Shown: piece by piece, positions 26,075-35,106 of the stretch
Numbering within the stretch: position 1 is the first letter of the stretch
How the letters are laid out: each line of letters begins with the position of its first letter
Virus record (IMG/VR): IMGVR_UViG_3300027362_000003
DNA from: a virus
Length of the DNA: 44,549 nucleotides
Strand: one strand, 5' to 3'
Notes under the pieces: generated by a model
Told to the model about the DNA's origin: nothing
The model's database searches: none
Seen by the model: only the letters and a program-made list of their open reading frames with translations
Made by a program: the position numbers and the translations under genes

Positions 26075-26329
26075 ATGGATACCATAACTTGTAACAAATG
26101 TTTTAAAGCTTATCCGCTATCAAAATATGATCTAAAGGATAATGGTAGATTGGTAAGACTATGCTGTAAACAATGCCATAGTGATAGGGTATATGAAGCC
26201 CAAAATAAGAGGAAATTAGAAAAATATCCTAATATTTATAGCTATTGCATCAAATGTAAACATATCTATAATAAGAAGCATCAAAGCTGTCCTAACTGTA
26301 AAGTAGTAAATATAACGGATTGTCTATGA
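26075..26329 (+). CDS. Double zinc-ribbon protein
   Basis: 84 aa with four CxxC pairs (CNKC, CKQC, CIKC, CPNC). A GGAGGA SD lies upstream. Confidence 0.75.
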   Translation: MDTITCNKCFKAYPLSKYDLKDNGRLVRLCCKQCHSDRVYEAQNKRKLEKYPNIYSYCIKCKHIYNKKHQSCPNCKVVNITDCL

Positions 26330-26470
26330 TGGATTATCTATGATTTTATACTTAACTAGGTATAAATTGATACAAAACAGGGAAATTATACCTTTTAATG
26401 GATAGTTATAGCGACTTAACTTCCAAATAAGAGAACTGCGTAATATGGACCCAAAGGACCGTTTTTTATC

Positions 26471-26905
26471 CTATAGGTCGTCAGCAGGGTTATGTACCAC
26501 CCTGGAGGGCACTACTACGTCCGGTAATTTCTTTTGCTTGGTACGGTCTATCCCAGTGTCTATGGTAAGATATACTGCCCCACTACCGCTTATTCTAATG
26601 TCCGTTGGGGGTGGTCTATCATCATAGTCCTCCCTGAACTGTGCCCGAAGCTTAAATACAATGAGTTCAGCTTCCCCACGGATCTTCTTGGTAGAGGCAT
26701 CATGCAATATGGTTTCCCAATAGAGGAGAGATTTAGAATTACCTATCTTCCTGGCTTCTTCAAATTCAGGGTGTTCTTCCGTCCACCGCATCATGGTATC
26801 CCTATGGACACTTATAACGCCACCAAAGGAAAAGAAGGAATGACCCTTGCCCATATGCTCTACCAATTCAAAACAATAAGCTTCTTTATATTTGACTGAT
26901 TCCAT
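26471..26905 (-). CDS. HTH protein resembling terminase small subunit / DNA-packaging HTH family
   Basis: The N-terminal pattern KEAYCFELVEHMGKGHSFFSFGGVISVHRDTMMRWTEEHPEFEEARKIG matches the common phage small-terminase HTH signature (...G.S...f....gvs..T...W...hpeF.eA...). It is the only minus-strand gene inside the plus-strand arm. Confidence 0.55.
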   Translation of the reverse strand: MESVKYKEAYCFELVEHMGKGHSFFSFGGVISVHRDTMMRWTEEHPEFEEARKIGNSKSLLYWETILHDASTKKIRGEAELIVFKLRAQFREDYDDRPPPTDIRISGSGAVYLTIDTGIDRTKQKKLPDVVVPSRVVHNPADDL

Positions 26906-27152
26906 AGACCCACTATAGCCTTAAAGGACCGAACTTTACAACATAATATTGGCATCAATTTATACAGAGTATCTAAAGATAGATACTAGCAATGGGTGTC
27001 AAGAAGGGGCCGTAAGGCCCTTTATGTATATATGCGGTTCGTTGCACAGTCTCTCTATATATTATAAGAAGAAAAAGAATATATATATATCTATTTTTTT
27101 TTCCTCTAAGGACCTGGCCCCTTTGCAGGGGTTTGTTTGAGATACCAAACAA

Positions 27153-27186
27153 AAAAGCCCCTAAAGTGTAAACAATAGGGGCTTTT
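27153..27186. terminator. Bidirectional intrinsic terminator-like hairpin with no annotated gene to terminate
   Basis: 11-bp perfect stem, AAAAGCCCCTA at 27153-27163 and TAGGGGCTTTT at 27176-27186. It has an A-run upstream and a T-run downstream. The minus strand reads stem + TTTTTTGTTTGG. Confidence 0.5.
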
Positions 27187-27284
27187 CCTGCTAAATTCAA
27201 AAAATGGATATCGTGATTGACAAGATAACAGTTACTATCCCAAAATACAAGCTGCTAATTTAAAAAATAAAAAAAAGGATATCT

Positions 27285-28730
27285 ATGAAGGACGAAATTG
27301 TCAGGAAGGCATTAACTTCCATTGAATTGGTCAAAAAGGGTAAAAAACTGTACATTGGAGATAGGGAAGTATCTCTTACTATAGTGTATGCCAAGATTGA
27401 AAAGGCTTTAAATGAGCTTATCGAAACTACAGAAAATACAAAGGTTCTTAGAACCACCAATCAATTATTCTCTTTATCTTCTTCTGAAAGGAATACTCTT
27501 TATAAATCCCTTATTAATGATTTAGAGGAAGGAGAAGAGGAGATAAAGCTTCCTAAGATTCTCCAAGGCAAAGAGATATTTATCCACTCAACCCCTAATA
27601 AAGATCCAATGTATTATTCTTACGACCCACAAACGGAACAGATTATGCGGATTTCCTCCAAGTGGCTGGGAAAATATTTTCCTCCCCCTGGGGTCCTGGA
27701 ATATAAGCCACACTCCCCTAAGGTAATTGAAGTGGAGGGAGGAAATATCTATAATTTATGGTCCCCTCCCAAAGCTGTACTGGAAGCTCCTTATAGTGGA
27801 GAGGGATTACGTCCCGAAATGGAGGCTCTATTAAATATCTTTGTAGGGGATTCCAGGAAAGCCATGGAACATTGGGCTTATCGGGTGATTACTTCCAGGA
27901 ACAATTGGGTTCCGGTAATTTTAGGTAATAAGGGTATTGGTAAAGGGTTATTTGTAGACTCGGTAGGGGCGTGTATTGGACAGGACAATGTAGCCAAAGC
28001 CCATAACAAGTTTGGATCTGACAACTTCAACATCGAAATGTTCAGGTGCATGGTTTATGTGATGGACGAATTAACCATCACTGGGTACCGATACAATTCC
28101 CTTAAAGCAATGATGGCTGAGTATATGTCGGGTACTTCCAAAGGGGCAGACTCCAATGCCAATATGAAGATCTTCTGTAGCCCTATAATTACCTCCAACA
28201 ACTTTAAGGATAACTACACCGAGTGTCCCGAGCGAAGGACCGCCTATGTAGATACTGTCAGAGAAACTTTCCCCCCCAAGTATGCCCATGCTGTTGCCAA
28301 GGGAATGAAAGACCCTAAGTGGGTGAGGATATTGTTGGAATATCTCAAACACCCAGATAGGGAATGGATGAAACACGACCATATCCCCTACCAGGGAGAA
28401 GTCTATTGGGAATGTCTGCACTATTGGCAAGAACATGAAAACAAAATAGTATTGGAAGCTTTAGAGAGATCCGCTAGACATGACCAGGGGGATTTTATAA
28501 GTTTGGATTATCTTAAACAACAATATAAAAGAGTACACCGCCCAAAGGAAGGCTTCAGGGATATTCCCTCTTTAAATGGATTCCTAGATCGCCATAAATA
28601 TTTTGGTGAGCCTGTTGGAGAGTATATAGAAGGAGAAAATCCTGGAATATATTTTTTTAAAGGAGCCTTGGCTCGAGCCAAAGAAAGAGTGACAAAAAAT
28701 ATAGAAAAAAGTTTGGGGGATTTATTATGA
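27285..28730 (+). CDS. SF3 (D5/P4-type) replicative helicase; N-terminal ~200 aa unassigned
   Basis: Walker A GNKGIGKG, Walker B VYVMDE and motif C IITSNN are present in the spacing typical of SF3 helicases. An AAGGA SD is present. Confidence 0.8.
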   Translation: MKDEIVRKALTSIELVKKGKKLYIGDREVSLTIVYAKIEKALNELIETTENTKVLRTTNQLFSLSSSERNTLYKSLINDLEEGEEEIKLPKILQGKEIFIHSTPNKDPMYYSYDPQTEQIMRISSKWLGKYFPPPGVLEYKPHSPKVIEVEGGNIYNLWSPPKAVLEAPYSGEGLRPEMEALLNIFVGDSRKAMEHWAYRVITSRNNWVPVILGNKGIGKGLFVDSVGACIGQDNVAKAHNKFGSDNFNIEMFRCMVYVMDELTITGYRYNSLKAMMAEYMSGTSKGADSNANMKIFCSPIITSNNFKDNYTECPERRTAYVDTVRETFPPKYAHAVAKGMKDPKWVRILLEYLKHPDREWMKHDHIPYQGEVYWECLHYWQEHENKIVLEALERSARHDQGDFISLDYLKQQYKRVHRPKEGFRDIPSLNGFLDRHKYFGEPVGEYIEGENPGIYFFKGALARAKERVTKNIEKSLGDLL

Positions 28731-28752
28731 CCGCATCTAAAGAGGTTTTAAA

Positions 28753-29091
28753 ATGAACGGCAAGGGAGCAAGACAAAAGGGACTTAGTTTTGAACGGGCT
28801 ATGGCTAAGGATCTTCGAGCCGTATACCCTAACGCCAAAAGGCACTTGGAGTTTCAAATGGACGAAGCTTATGGAAAAGACCTGGAAAATACTGGACCCT
28901 TCGTATTTCAATGCAAGCGGCTTAAAAAATATGTGCCTATTTCTACATTCAAGGAAATTACTTGTGGACAATATGAAATCCCTGTACTAATTTCTAAGGC
29001 TGATAATGAGGCAACGATGGCAGTTCTTAAATGGGAACATCTATTGACCCTCATAAAAGTTTATAATGAAAATTGCATATCTGGACTTTGA
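28753..29091 (+). CDS. Small PD-(D/E)XK-like nuclease (Hjc/resolvase-like)
   Basis: 112 aa. GARQKGLSFERAMAKDL ... DL ... FVFQCK resembles archaeal-type Holliday-junction resolvase motifs. An AAGAGG SD is present. It overlaps the polymerase start by 26 nt. Confidence 0.55.
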   Translation: MNGKGARQKGLSFERAMAKDLRAVYPNAKRHLEFQMDEAYGKDLENTGPFVFQCKRLKKYVPISTFKEITCGQYEIPVLISKADNEATMAVLKWEHLLTLIKVYNENCISGL

Positions 29092-31003
29092 ATTTAATAA
29101 TACTACTAGCTCTAAAGTTAACTTGGTATGTGTAAACATACTGAGCGGTGTCCCTTTATCCTCCAAGAGTTATTGGTTAAACCGCCATTTGACCAATAGT
29201 TCGGACCTGGGCTTATTACTCAGTACGATGAGGGACACCGTTTTTTTATCCTATTCGGTGGAGGCTGAGGCTAGATGCTTCAACTCTTTAGGCTTAAATC
29301 CCCTGGACTTCAAATGGATTGACCTCTACCTAGAATATAGAATGTTACTCAATCACAATAATGAACTCTCCTATGGAAAGCAGTTGATAGATGGGAAGGT
29401 AAGGGTTACTCACCCACCGGAAAGAGGATCTTCCAGGCTATTGGATAACTCCCGTCCGTCTTATTCATTAGCGGCTGCTCTTTATAAGATGCTTAAGATT
29501 AGGATAGATACCGAACATAAAGAGGTTATAAGAAATATCATTATCCATAAGCCTTATGAAGTGCTCGAGGAGAATAAGGATGCCATTTTAGCGTACTGTG
29601 AATCCGATACCAAATATCTGCCTCTGTTATGGGAGAAGATTAAGAATAAGAACTTTAATCTTTTTGGTCCCACTTATATTGTAGAAGCCATGAACCGTGG
29701 GATGTACGCTGCCATCACCGCTCTAAGGACTGACTTCGGCTACCCTGTGGATCTCCATGCAGTTAAGTCTTTAGTCATTAACAGCCCTCTGATACTTCAC
29801 GATGCGGCTGTGGATTTCAATAAACAGTTCCCTGATAAGAAGGTCTATTTGTGGAATAAGCGGACCCAGAGTTTTACCAAGAAAATAGCTCCCATTGTAA
29901 ACTACATAGTTGAGAATAAATTACACGAAACCTGGATGAAAACCAAGACTGGAAGATTGTGCCTCGACCAAGAGGCTATGGAAAAGGGTTTCCCTTATGA
30001 AACTCCCTATCCTAGAGGGGTTTTTGGGGCTCAACTCCTGGAACAGGGTAGGATTAGAAGGAACTTAAATGGATTCCTCCCTGCTAACAAGGAGAAATCT
30101 TTCCTGGACTATGTGGGTCCCGATGGCAGAGCCAGACCGTTTATGGGAATATTCGGTACCATGACTGGCAGGTCCGCACCTAAGGCCACTGGATTCATAC
30201 CATCCAAATCCAGGTGGATGAGGGTCCTTATCAAGCCACCTAATGGCAGGTTTCTATGTGGCATAGATTACTCTTCACAAGAGTTCTTAATTGCAGCCCT
30301 CCTTGCACAAGACGATTCAATGTATAAAGCTTACCATTCAGGTGATCCATATCTGTGGATGCTGAGGGAAGTGGAGGGACCAGGGAAGGATCACCTTCGC
30401 CCTAAGTATAAACAAGCCATGCTATCTCTCATGTACGGAATAGGACCAGGAGCCATGGCGGATAATTTAAAAATTACCAGAGAGGATGCCGAAACCCTTA
30501 TCAATAATATCTTAGGGGTGTTTTGGGTCTTTGATGATTGGAGAAATGAAATCAGGTCCGAGTACATCCATAACGGCTATTTAAAGATAGCGGACGGTTG
30601 GACAGTATGGGGCGATAATCCTAACCCCCTATCTGTGGCTAACTTTCCGGTACAAGGAACTGGTGGGGCGATCATGCGGAAAGCGGATGAACTTTGTTGG
30701 AAGAGGGGACTTAAAATCCCTTTCACTTTGCATGATGCCCTTTATATGGAAGCCGACACCGCCAAGGTGGAAGAAAATATTTTACTATTTAAAAAATGTA
30801 TGGAAGAAGCCTTTATGCATTTCTTTCCTGGAGAACTTATTCGGGTGGAAGGAATGGCTTGGAGTCCTGAGTTTACCCTGGGACATCCTAATATGGGAGA
30901 GTGGATAGAGTTTCTACCAGAGTACTCTGAGAAACAGATAGAAGAAGAAATTATAAATTACAAAAAATATTTAAACGCCTGTGAGGGCATAACATCTCTG
31001 TAA
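29066..31003 (+). CDS. Family A DNA polymerase with N-terminal 3'-5' exonuclease
   Basis: Exo I is DFE at aa 7-9. Motif A is DYSSQEFLIAALLAQD, motif B is RPKYKQAMLSLMYGIG, and motif C is LHDALYME. Confidence 0.9.
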   Translation: MKIAYLDFEFNNTTSSKVNLVCVNILSGVPLSSKSYWLNRHLTNSSDLGLLLSTMRDTVFLSYSVEAEARCFNSLGLNPLDFKWIDLYLEYRMLLNHNNELSYGKQLIDGKVRVTHPPERGSSRLLDNSRPSYSLAAALYKMLKIRIDTEHKEVIRNIIIHKPYEVLEENKDAILAYCESDTKYLPLLWEKIKNKNFNLFGPTYIVEAMNRGMYAAITALRTDFGYPVDLHAVKSLVINSPLILHDAAVDFNKQFPDKKVYLWNKRTQSFTKKIAPIVNYIVENKLHETWMKTKTGRLCLDQEAMEKGFPYETPYPRGVFGAQLLEQGRIRRNLNGFLPANKEKSFLDYVGPDGRARPFMGIFGTMTGRSAPKATGFIPSKSRWMRVLIKPPNGRFLCGIDYSSQEFLIAALLAQDDSMYKAYHSGDPYLWMLREVEGPGKDHLRPKYKQAMLSLMYGIGPGAMADNLKITREDAETLINNILGVFWVFDDWRNEIRSEYIHNGYLKIADGWTVWGDNPNPLSVANFPVQGTGGAIMRKADELCWKRGLKIPFTLHDALYMEADTAKVEENILLFKKCMEEAFMHFFPGELIRVEGMAWSPEFTLGHPNMGEWIEFLPEYSEKQIEEEIINYKKYLNACEGITSL

Positions 31004-31033
31004 AACCAGAGAATAAATTAAGGAGTTTGTTTT

Positions 31034-31408
31034 ATGTACAAAGAAATCACCGGATCACGTCAGTACCGTCCATGGAAAAAATGGAACCCAGGGGATGAGT
31101 TCGTGGGAGTCTACAAGGAACAGAAGGAAGATAACTATGGAAATCCTTCCTACATCTTTGAAGTAATCTCTACCGCTTTTTCCAAGAAAGAGGACAACCT
31201 AAATCCGGGAATGGTGGCAGGGCTTAATAGCTCTGGAGGTTTTAATGTGAAAATGGATCAGGTCAATGTAGGGGATACTGTCAGAGTACTTTACAATGGC
31301 GTGATTATTCTTACCAAAGGAAAATACAAGGGAGCCAGATCTCATTCTATCAACGTTGGTGTTGGGGCTAAGGATATCACCACCGAAGATGCAGGAGCGG
31401 ATCTATAA
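31034..31408 (+). CDS. Hypothetical protein
   Basis: 124-aa ORF with an AGGAG SD. Confidence 0.7.
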   Translation: MYKEITGSRQYRPWKKWNPGDEFVGVYKEQKEDNYGNPSYIFEVISTAFSKKEDNLNPGMVAGLNSSGGFNVKMDQVNVGDTVRVLYNGVIILTKGKYKGARSHSINVGVGAKDITTEDAGADL

Positions 31409-32301
31409 TGGCACTAATGTCTTACAGTTCCCTTAAACTGATTCAAAATTGTCAGCAGAAGTATGTACATCACAAGATACTGGAAACTCCTAGTGATTCT
31501 GATTACACGCCTTCTGACGCTTTGGATGTGGGAACTATATTTCATAGGATCATGGAAATCTCCCACCACGGGACCAAGGGTACTTTGGAAGCGGCTTTTA
31601 ACAAGGCTGTGGAAGAAACCCCTTGCCCCGAGGGGTGGTGGCAAAAACTACACGCCATGATTAGAGCGTATGCCCTTACCCATAAATTTTCAGGGTTAAT
31701 GGTTACCGCCTTGGAACTAGAAATCCAGGACGGGGAATATATAGGATATGTGGATGCCATTATGTCTGAGCCTTCAGGCAATTGGTGGATAGTGGATTTG
31801 AAAACCACTTCCAGGTTTGAAGATCATCTTCTCACCTCACTCCCCTACGATTTGCAGATGGCAGCTTACTCTTCCAGGTATTTGAAGATAGCCCAGATGC
31901 TTACGTTAGATCCTAATAAGTTCAAAGGGTGTAGGTACAGAACAGTTACCAAGCCTGGTCCCTATAAGATGGGCAAGAATGAGGATGAACAGTCTTTCAT
32001 CGACAGGATGATGAACAACATCACTTGTACGGATATAGAAATCCCTAAAGCTACCCTGGCTTTAATGTGGGATGAATATGTCCAGATGGAGAATGAGGCT
32101 ATATCCAAAGCTCTTGCCTTTGCCAAAGGTTCCAAGGAAAACCCTCAGAGTGTTCCTCTTAAAAACAGGAACGCTTGCATAGAGTGGGGGAAGCCTTGCC
32201 AGTTTTGGTCCAAGTGCCACCATGGGGTGGAGTTTTCAAACAGTAAAAAATTAACTTATAGGGATGGATTTTCCTATAGATCAGAAGGAGAAATACTATG
32301 A
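31408..32301 (+). CDS. Cas4/RecB-like PD-(D/E)XK exonuclease with four-Cys cluster
   Basis: GYVDAI...WWIVDLKTT provides the D...D/ExK motif. One N-terminal Cys (NCQQKY) plus the C-terminal CIEWGKPCQFWSKC triad matches Cas4/AddB Fe-S nuclease topology. It is coupled to the upstream gene by TAATG. Confidence 0.75.
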   Translation: MALMSYSSLKLIQNCQQKYVHHKILETPSDSDYTPSDALDVGTIFHRIMEISHHGTKGTLEAAFNKAVEETPCPEGWWQKLHAMIRAYALTHKFSGLMVTALELEIQDGEYIGYVDAIMSEPSGNWWIVDLKTTSRFEDHLLTSLPYDLQMAAYSSRYLKIAQMLTLDPNKFKGCRYRTVTKPGPYKMGKNEDEQSFIDRMMNNITCTDIEIPKATLALMWDEYVQMENEAISKALAFAKGSKENPQSVPLKNRNACIEWGKPCQFWSKCHHGVEFSNSKKLTYRDGFSYRSEGEIL

Positions 32302-32936
32302 AAAAAGATTTCACAGAGCTATGTAAAAAGATGGAAGATATCTATGGGCAAGTCCGAAAGATAGAAGAGATTGCCCTTAGCAGACCCTCCATTGAGATTG
32401 TCCATGCCCTAGAGGATAAGCTTAACAAGAAGTACCAATTTAAGATTAGGATTTTTACCGAGACTCTATCGGTATCCACTTTCTTTGAGTCTGCCGCTAA
32501 AACATTAGAGGAAGCTCAAGACGAGTGTATCTACAATGCCCAAATTCACTTTCACAACTATGTGTATGGGAAGGAAGAATCTAAACCCCAGGCATTAGCT
32601 CCTACGTCAACCCCCGAGGAAGCTACAGAGCCTAAGGAAGAGGCTCCTCCCGTTGCAAAGAAAGCTAAGAAAGTGGCTGAGAAAAAAGTTGAGGAAGTAA
32701 AGGTAGAACCCCCTAAGGGTGTTGTCTATGACAGGACAGTTGACCTTCATAGGAACAAACTAGGGTCTTTGCTCTCTCAAATTTGCCCCGACTGGAATCA
32801 GGACCCCGATAAGAAAAAGGCTGCAATTGATTTTTCTCTTTCCCAAAATGGAAAGATTTTAATCTTTGACGATATGGGTGAAATTCACCCTGCCTTTGAG
32901 TCGGCTCTAGAAACCGCTATGGGGTCAGTCCACTAA
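32298..32936 (+). CDS. Hypothetical protein with Lys/Glu/Pro-rich linker
   Basis: 212-aa ORF with a GGAG SD and an ATGA overlap with the upstream gene. Confidence 0.7.
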   Translation: MKKDFTELCKKMEDIYGQVRKIEEIALSRPSIEIVHALEDKLNKKYQFKIRIFTETLSVSTFFESAAKTLEEAQDECIYNAQIHFHNYVYGKEESKPQALAPTSTPEEATEPKEEAPPVAKKAKKVAEKKVEEVKVEPPKGVVYDRTVDLHRNKLGSLLSQICPDWNQDPDKKKAAIDFSLSQNGKILIFDDMGEIHPAFESALETAMGSVH

Positions 32937-34249
32937 TGGAACTTTTAAAACTTCCGTTACTGCCGTTCCAAAAGGACGGCAGTTCTTTTATCCGAGAACA
33001 CAAATATATTCTAATCGGTGATGATATGGGTCTGGGTAAAACCGTCCAAGCCATAGCCGTAGCCTTAGAGAGGATCTTCCTGAGGAAGGAAAGGGTACTG
33101 ATTATCTGCCCTCCCCATTTAAGGAGGAATTGGGAAAAGGAGTTTTTAAAATTCTCCACCCAGCCTCTTAAATTCCATGTGATAGAAAGAAATTATCATT
33201 ATAAAAATATCCCCAAGGATAGGGATGTCTATATCACGTCCTACTCTATGCTCAAGCAGGGGAAGGAATTATATAAAATCTGTAACTATGTAGTCTGTGA
33301 TGAAGCCCACTATTTGAAATCCCATAAGTCTTTCAGGGCACAGTATATGTACGATCATTTGGTGGAAGGGAAACCAGAGTTCCTGGTAATGCTTTCAGGT
33401 ACACCGCTTAGAAATAGGGTGGGAGAGTTCTATGTACCCCTTACTCTCCTGGGCATCTGTCCAGACCAATGTAATGGAGTGGATCTTCGGAAGATCTATC
33501 CCACCTGGTATCAGTTCTGTGATAAGTTTTCCTTTAGGGTGGCTATCCACAGAACCACTAACAACAATCAGATAATAAAATATGAAGGCTTCCGTAATGG
33601 GGAGCAATTAAAGGAGGCTCTTACTGGTAAGTATATCAGAAGGGAGTCTGCCGAGGTATTGGACCTTCCTGAAATGTTAGAGAAGGAAGTATATGCCAAT
33701 TCCGGTAGCGATACTGCGTTATCCATGGAATGGCAGGAATATGAACGGACCACTAGACTTACGGAACACATCTCCACCGCTAAACGAGCCCATGCCTGTT
33801 TTAAAGCCAAGTTCACCGCAGAGTATGTCAGGGCATTATTACTGGATGGGGAGGGGCCCATATTGGTTTATAGCGACCACCCTGATGCCGCCTTGATTAT
33901 CCAGTCTGAATTAATCAGGCAAGAAGTTAGGTGCATCCACGGCAACACGACACAAAAAGAAAGGGCAAAATATATAGAAATGTTTAAAGAGGGTAGGCTA
34001 GAGGTTCTAGTAGCCACTCTAGGAACGCTTAGTGAAGGAGTTACTTTAGTGAACTCCCATAATCTGGTATTCAATGATCTTAATTGGTGCGGACCAGTGA
34101 ATGAACAGGCTAAGAAAAGAATCCATAGGATTGGCCAAGATAGAAAATGTGTTATCCACTATATGCTATCGGGAGCTATGGATGCTAGAATTGTTCGTAC
34201 TTTAAATAAAAAAGCCAAAGATATTTCTGAAGCTATTAATTTATTGTAA
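32936..34249 (+). CDS. SNF2/DEAH-family helicase
   Basis: Motif I is GDDMGLGKT, motif II is VCDEAHYLK, motif III is LSGTPLRNR, and motif VI is KRIHRIGQDR. Confidence 0.9.
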   Translation: MELLKLPLLPFQKDGSSFIREHKYILIGDDMGLGKTVQAIAVALERIFLRKERVLIICPPHLRRNWEKEFLKFSTQPLKFHVIERNYHYKNIPKDRDVYITSYSMLKQGKELYKICNYVVCDEAHYLKSHKSFRAQYMYDHLVEGKPEFLVMLSGTPLRNRVGEFYVPLTLLGICPDQCNGVDLRKIYPTWYQFCDKFSFRVAIHRTTNNNQIIKYEGFRNGEQLKEALTGKYIRRESAEVLDLPEMLEKEVYANSGSDTALSMEWQEYERTTRLTEHISTAKRAHACFKAKFTAEYVRALLLDGEGPILVYSDHPDAALIIQSELIRQEVRCIHGNTTQKERAKYIEMFKEGRLEVLVATLGTLSEGVTLVNSHNLVFNDLNWCGPVNEQAKKRIHRIGQDRKCVIHYMLSGAMDARIVRTLNKKAKDISEAINLL

Positions 34250-34258
34250 GGAGTTGCC

Positions 34259-34501
34259 TTGAAACACAATGGATTATTTATAGGGTTTGGCATAATCATT
34301 TTTGCCAGGGACTATGAACTACTGCCTACGGGATTCTTTCATGTCAAAGGTGCCATGATCTTTGAAGCAGAGGTTACTACCTTATTGATGGACAGAGGGG
34401 TCCTAGAGACCTTGAAACGTATGCCTTATCTTGCTTTAGAAGAAGGTTGGCTAAACAAAGACCATATTAAAGGTTACAGGGAGTTATTAGGTGGAATCTG
34501 A
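34259..34501 (+). CDS. Hypothetical protein (TTG start)
   Basis: AAGGAG lies 5 nt upstream of the TTG at 34259. The ORF is 80 aa. Confidence 0.55.
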   Translation: MKHNGLFIGFGIIIFARDYELLPTGFFHVKGAMIFEAEVTTLLMDRGVLETLKRMPYLALEEGWLNKDHIKGYRELLGGI

Positions 34502-34811
34502 AAAAGTATCTGACGGTTATGCCTTATTCAATCTAGTGCTTAGTAAATGCGATTTCTCCAAGTGCGATAGCTATATGGATGCCATGAGGCTGATGTACGC
34601 CAACCTTATGCCCTCTATTAATGGGCTAATAGCGGACAACCTGACCATGAAAAAATATTTAAAGGAAATAGGCTATTCAGAGGCTGCGGAGATAGAAGCG
34701 GTGGTAAAGAAAGAGGCTAACATCTACCTGGTGGCTAAGAAGGAACTGGAAAAAGATAAAGCCAATTTAATGACTAAGGCTAAACTGGAGAGAGGTCATA
34801 AGATAAGGTGA
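34491..34811 (+). CDS. Hypothetical protein (GTG start)
   Basis: 106-aa ORF. AGGGAG lies 7 nt upstream of the GTG. Confidence 0.55.
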   Translation: MESEKVSDGYALFNLVLSKCDFSKCDSYMDAMRLMYANLMPSINGLIADNLTMKKYLKEIGYSEAAEIEAVVKKEANIYLVAKKELEKDKANLMTKAKLERGHKIR

Positions 34812-35035
34812 TAGTAGCGGAGAAAGAGGAACAGATTGTTTACTTTGTCCTGAAATATTCCAATGTATTAAAAATAATCCAAGTACAAAAATTACCTAAA
34901 GGACCGTTGATATTCGCTGAGAAGATCAAATGGTATCCAGATAAAGGGTCAGGGGACTTTTTATCCTTGAGACTTTTATCGGTAGGGGATAGGTATGCCA
35001 TCTATGTAGAGGACACACCCTACCGTGAGCTTTAG
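34808..35035 (+). CDS. Hypothetical protein (GTG start)
   Basis: 75-aa ORF with a 4-nt overlap with the upstream gene. It is the last gene of the plus-strand arm. Confidence 0.5.
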   Translation: MIVAEKEEQIVYFVLKYSNVLKIIQVQKLPKGPLIFAEKIKWYPDKGSGDFLSLRLLSVGDRYAIYVEDTPYREL

Positions 35036-35106
35036 TAAGCTTCTTTTTTGTCTTTGGTTTTTCCTTTCGCAGGTTTCTTTTTTGTTTTACCCATGGCTTC
35101 CTCCTT

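Noticed and set aside
26949-27200. ORFs 26949..27140 (+) and 26973..27200 (-) in the helicase-upstream intergenic region.
   Set aside because: Their translations are low-complexity, they need a non-ATG start or lack an SD, and they run through the hairpin and terminator cluster. I treated the region as non-coding and possibly an sRNA locus instead.
28657-28990. ORFs 28657..28971 (-) and 28790..28990 (+) overlapping the resolvase-like gene.
   Set aside because: These are shadow frames. The plus-strand frame starting at 28753 has an AAGAGG SD and nuclease-like motifs.
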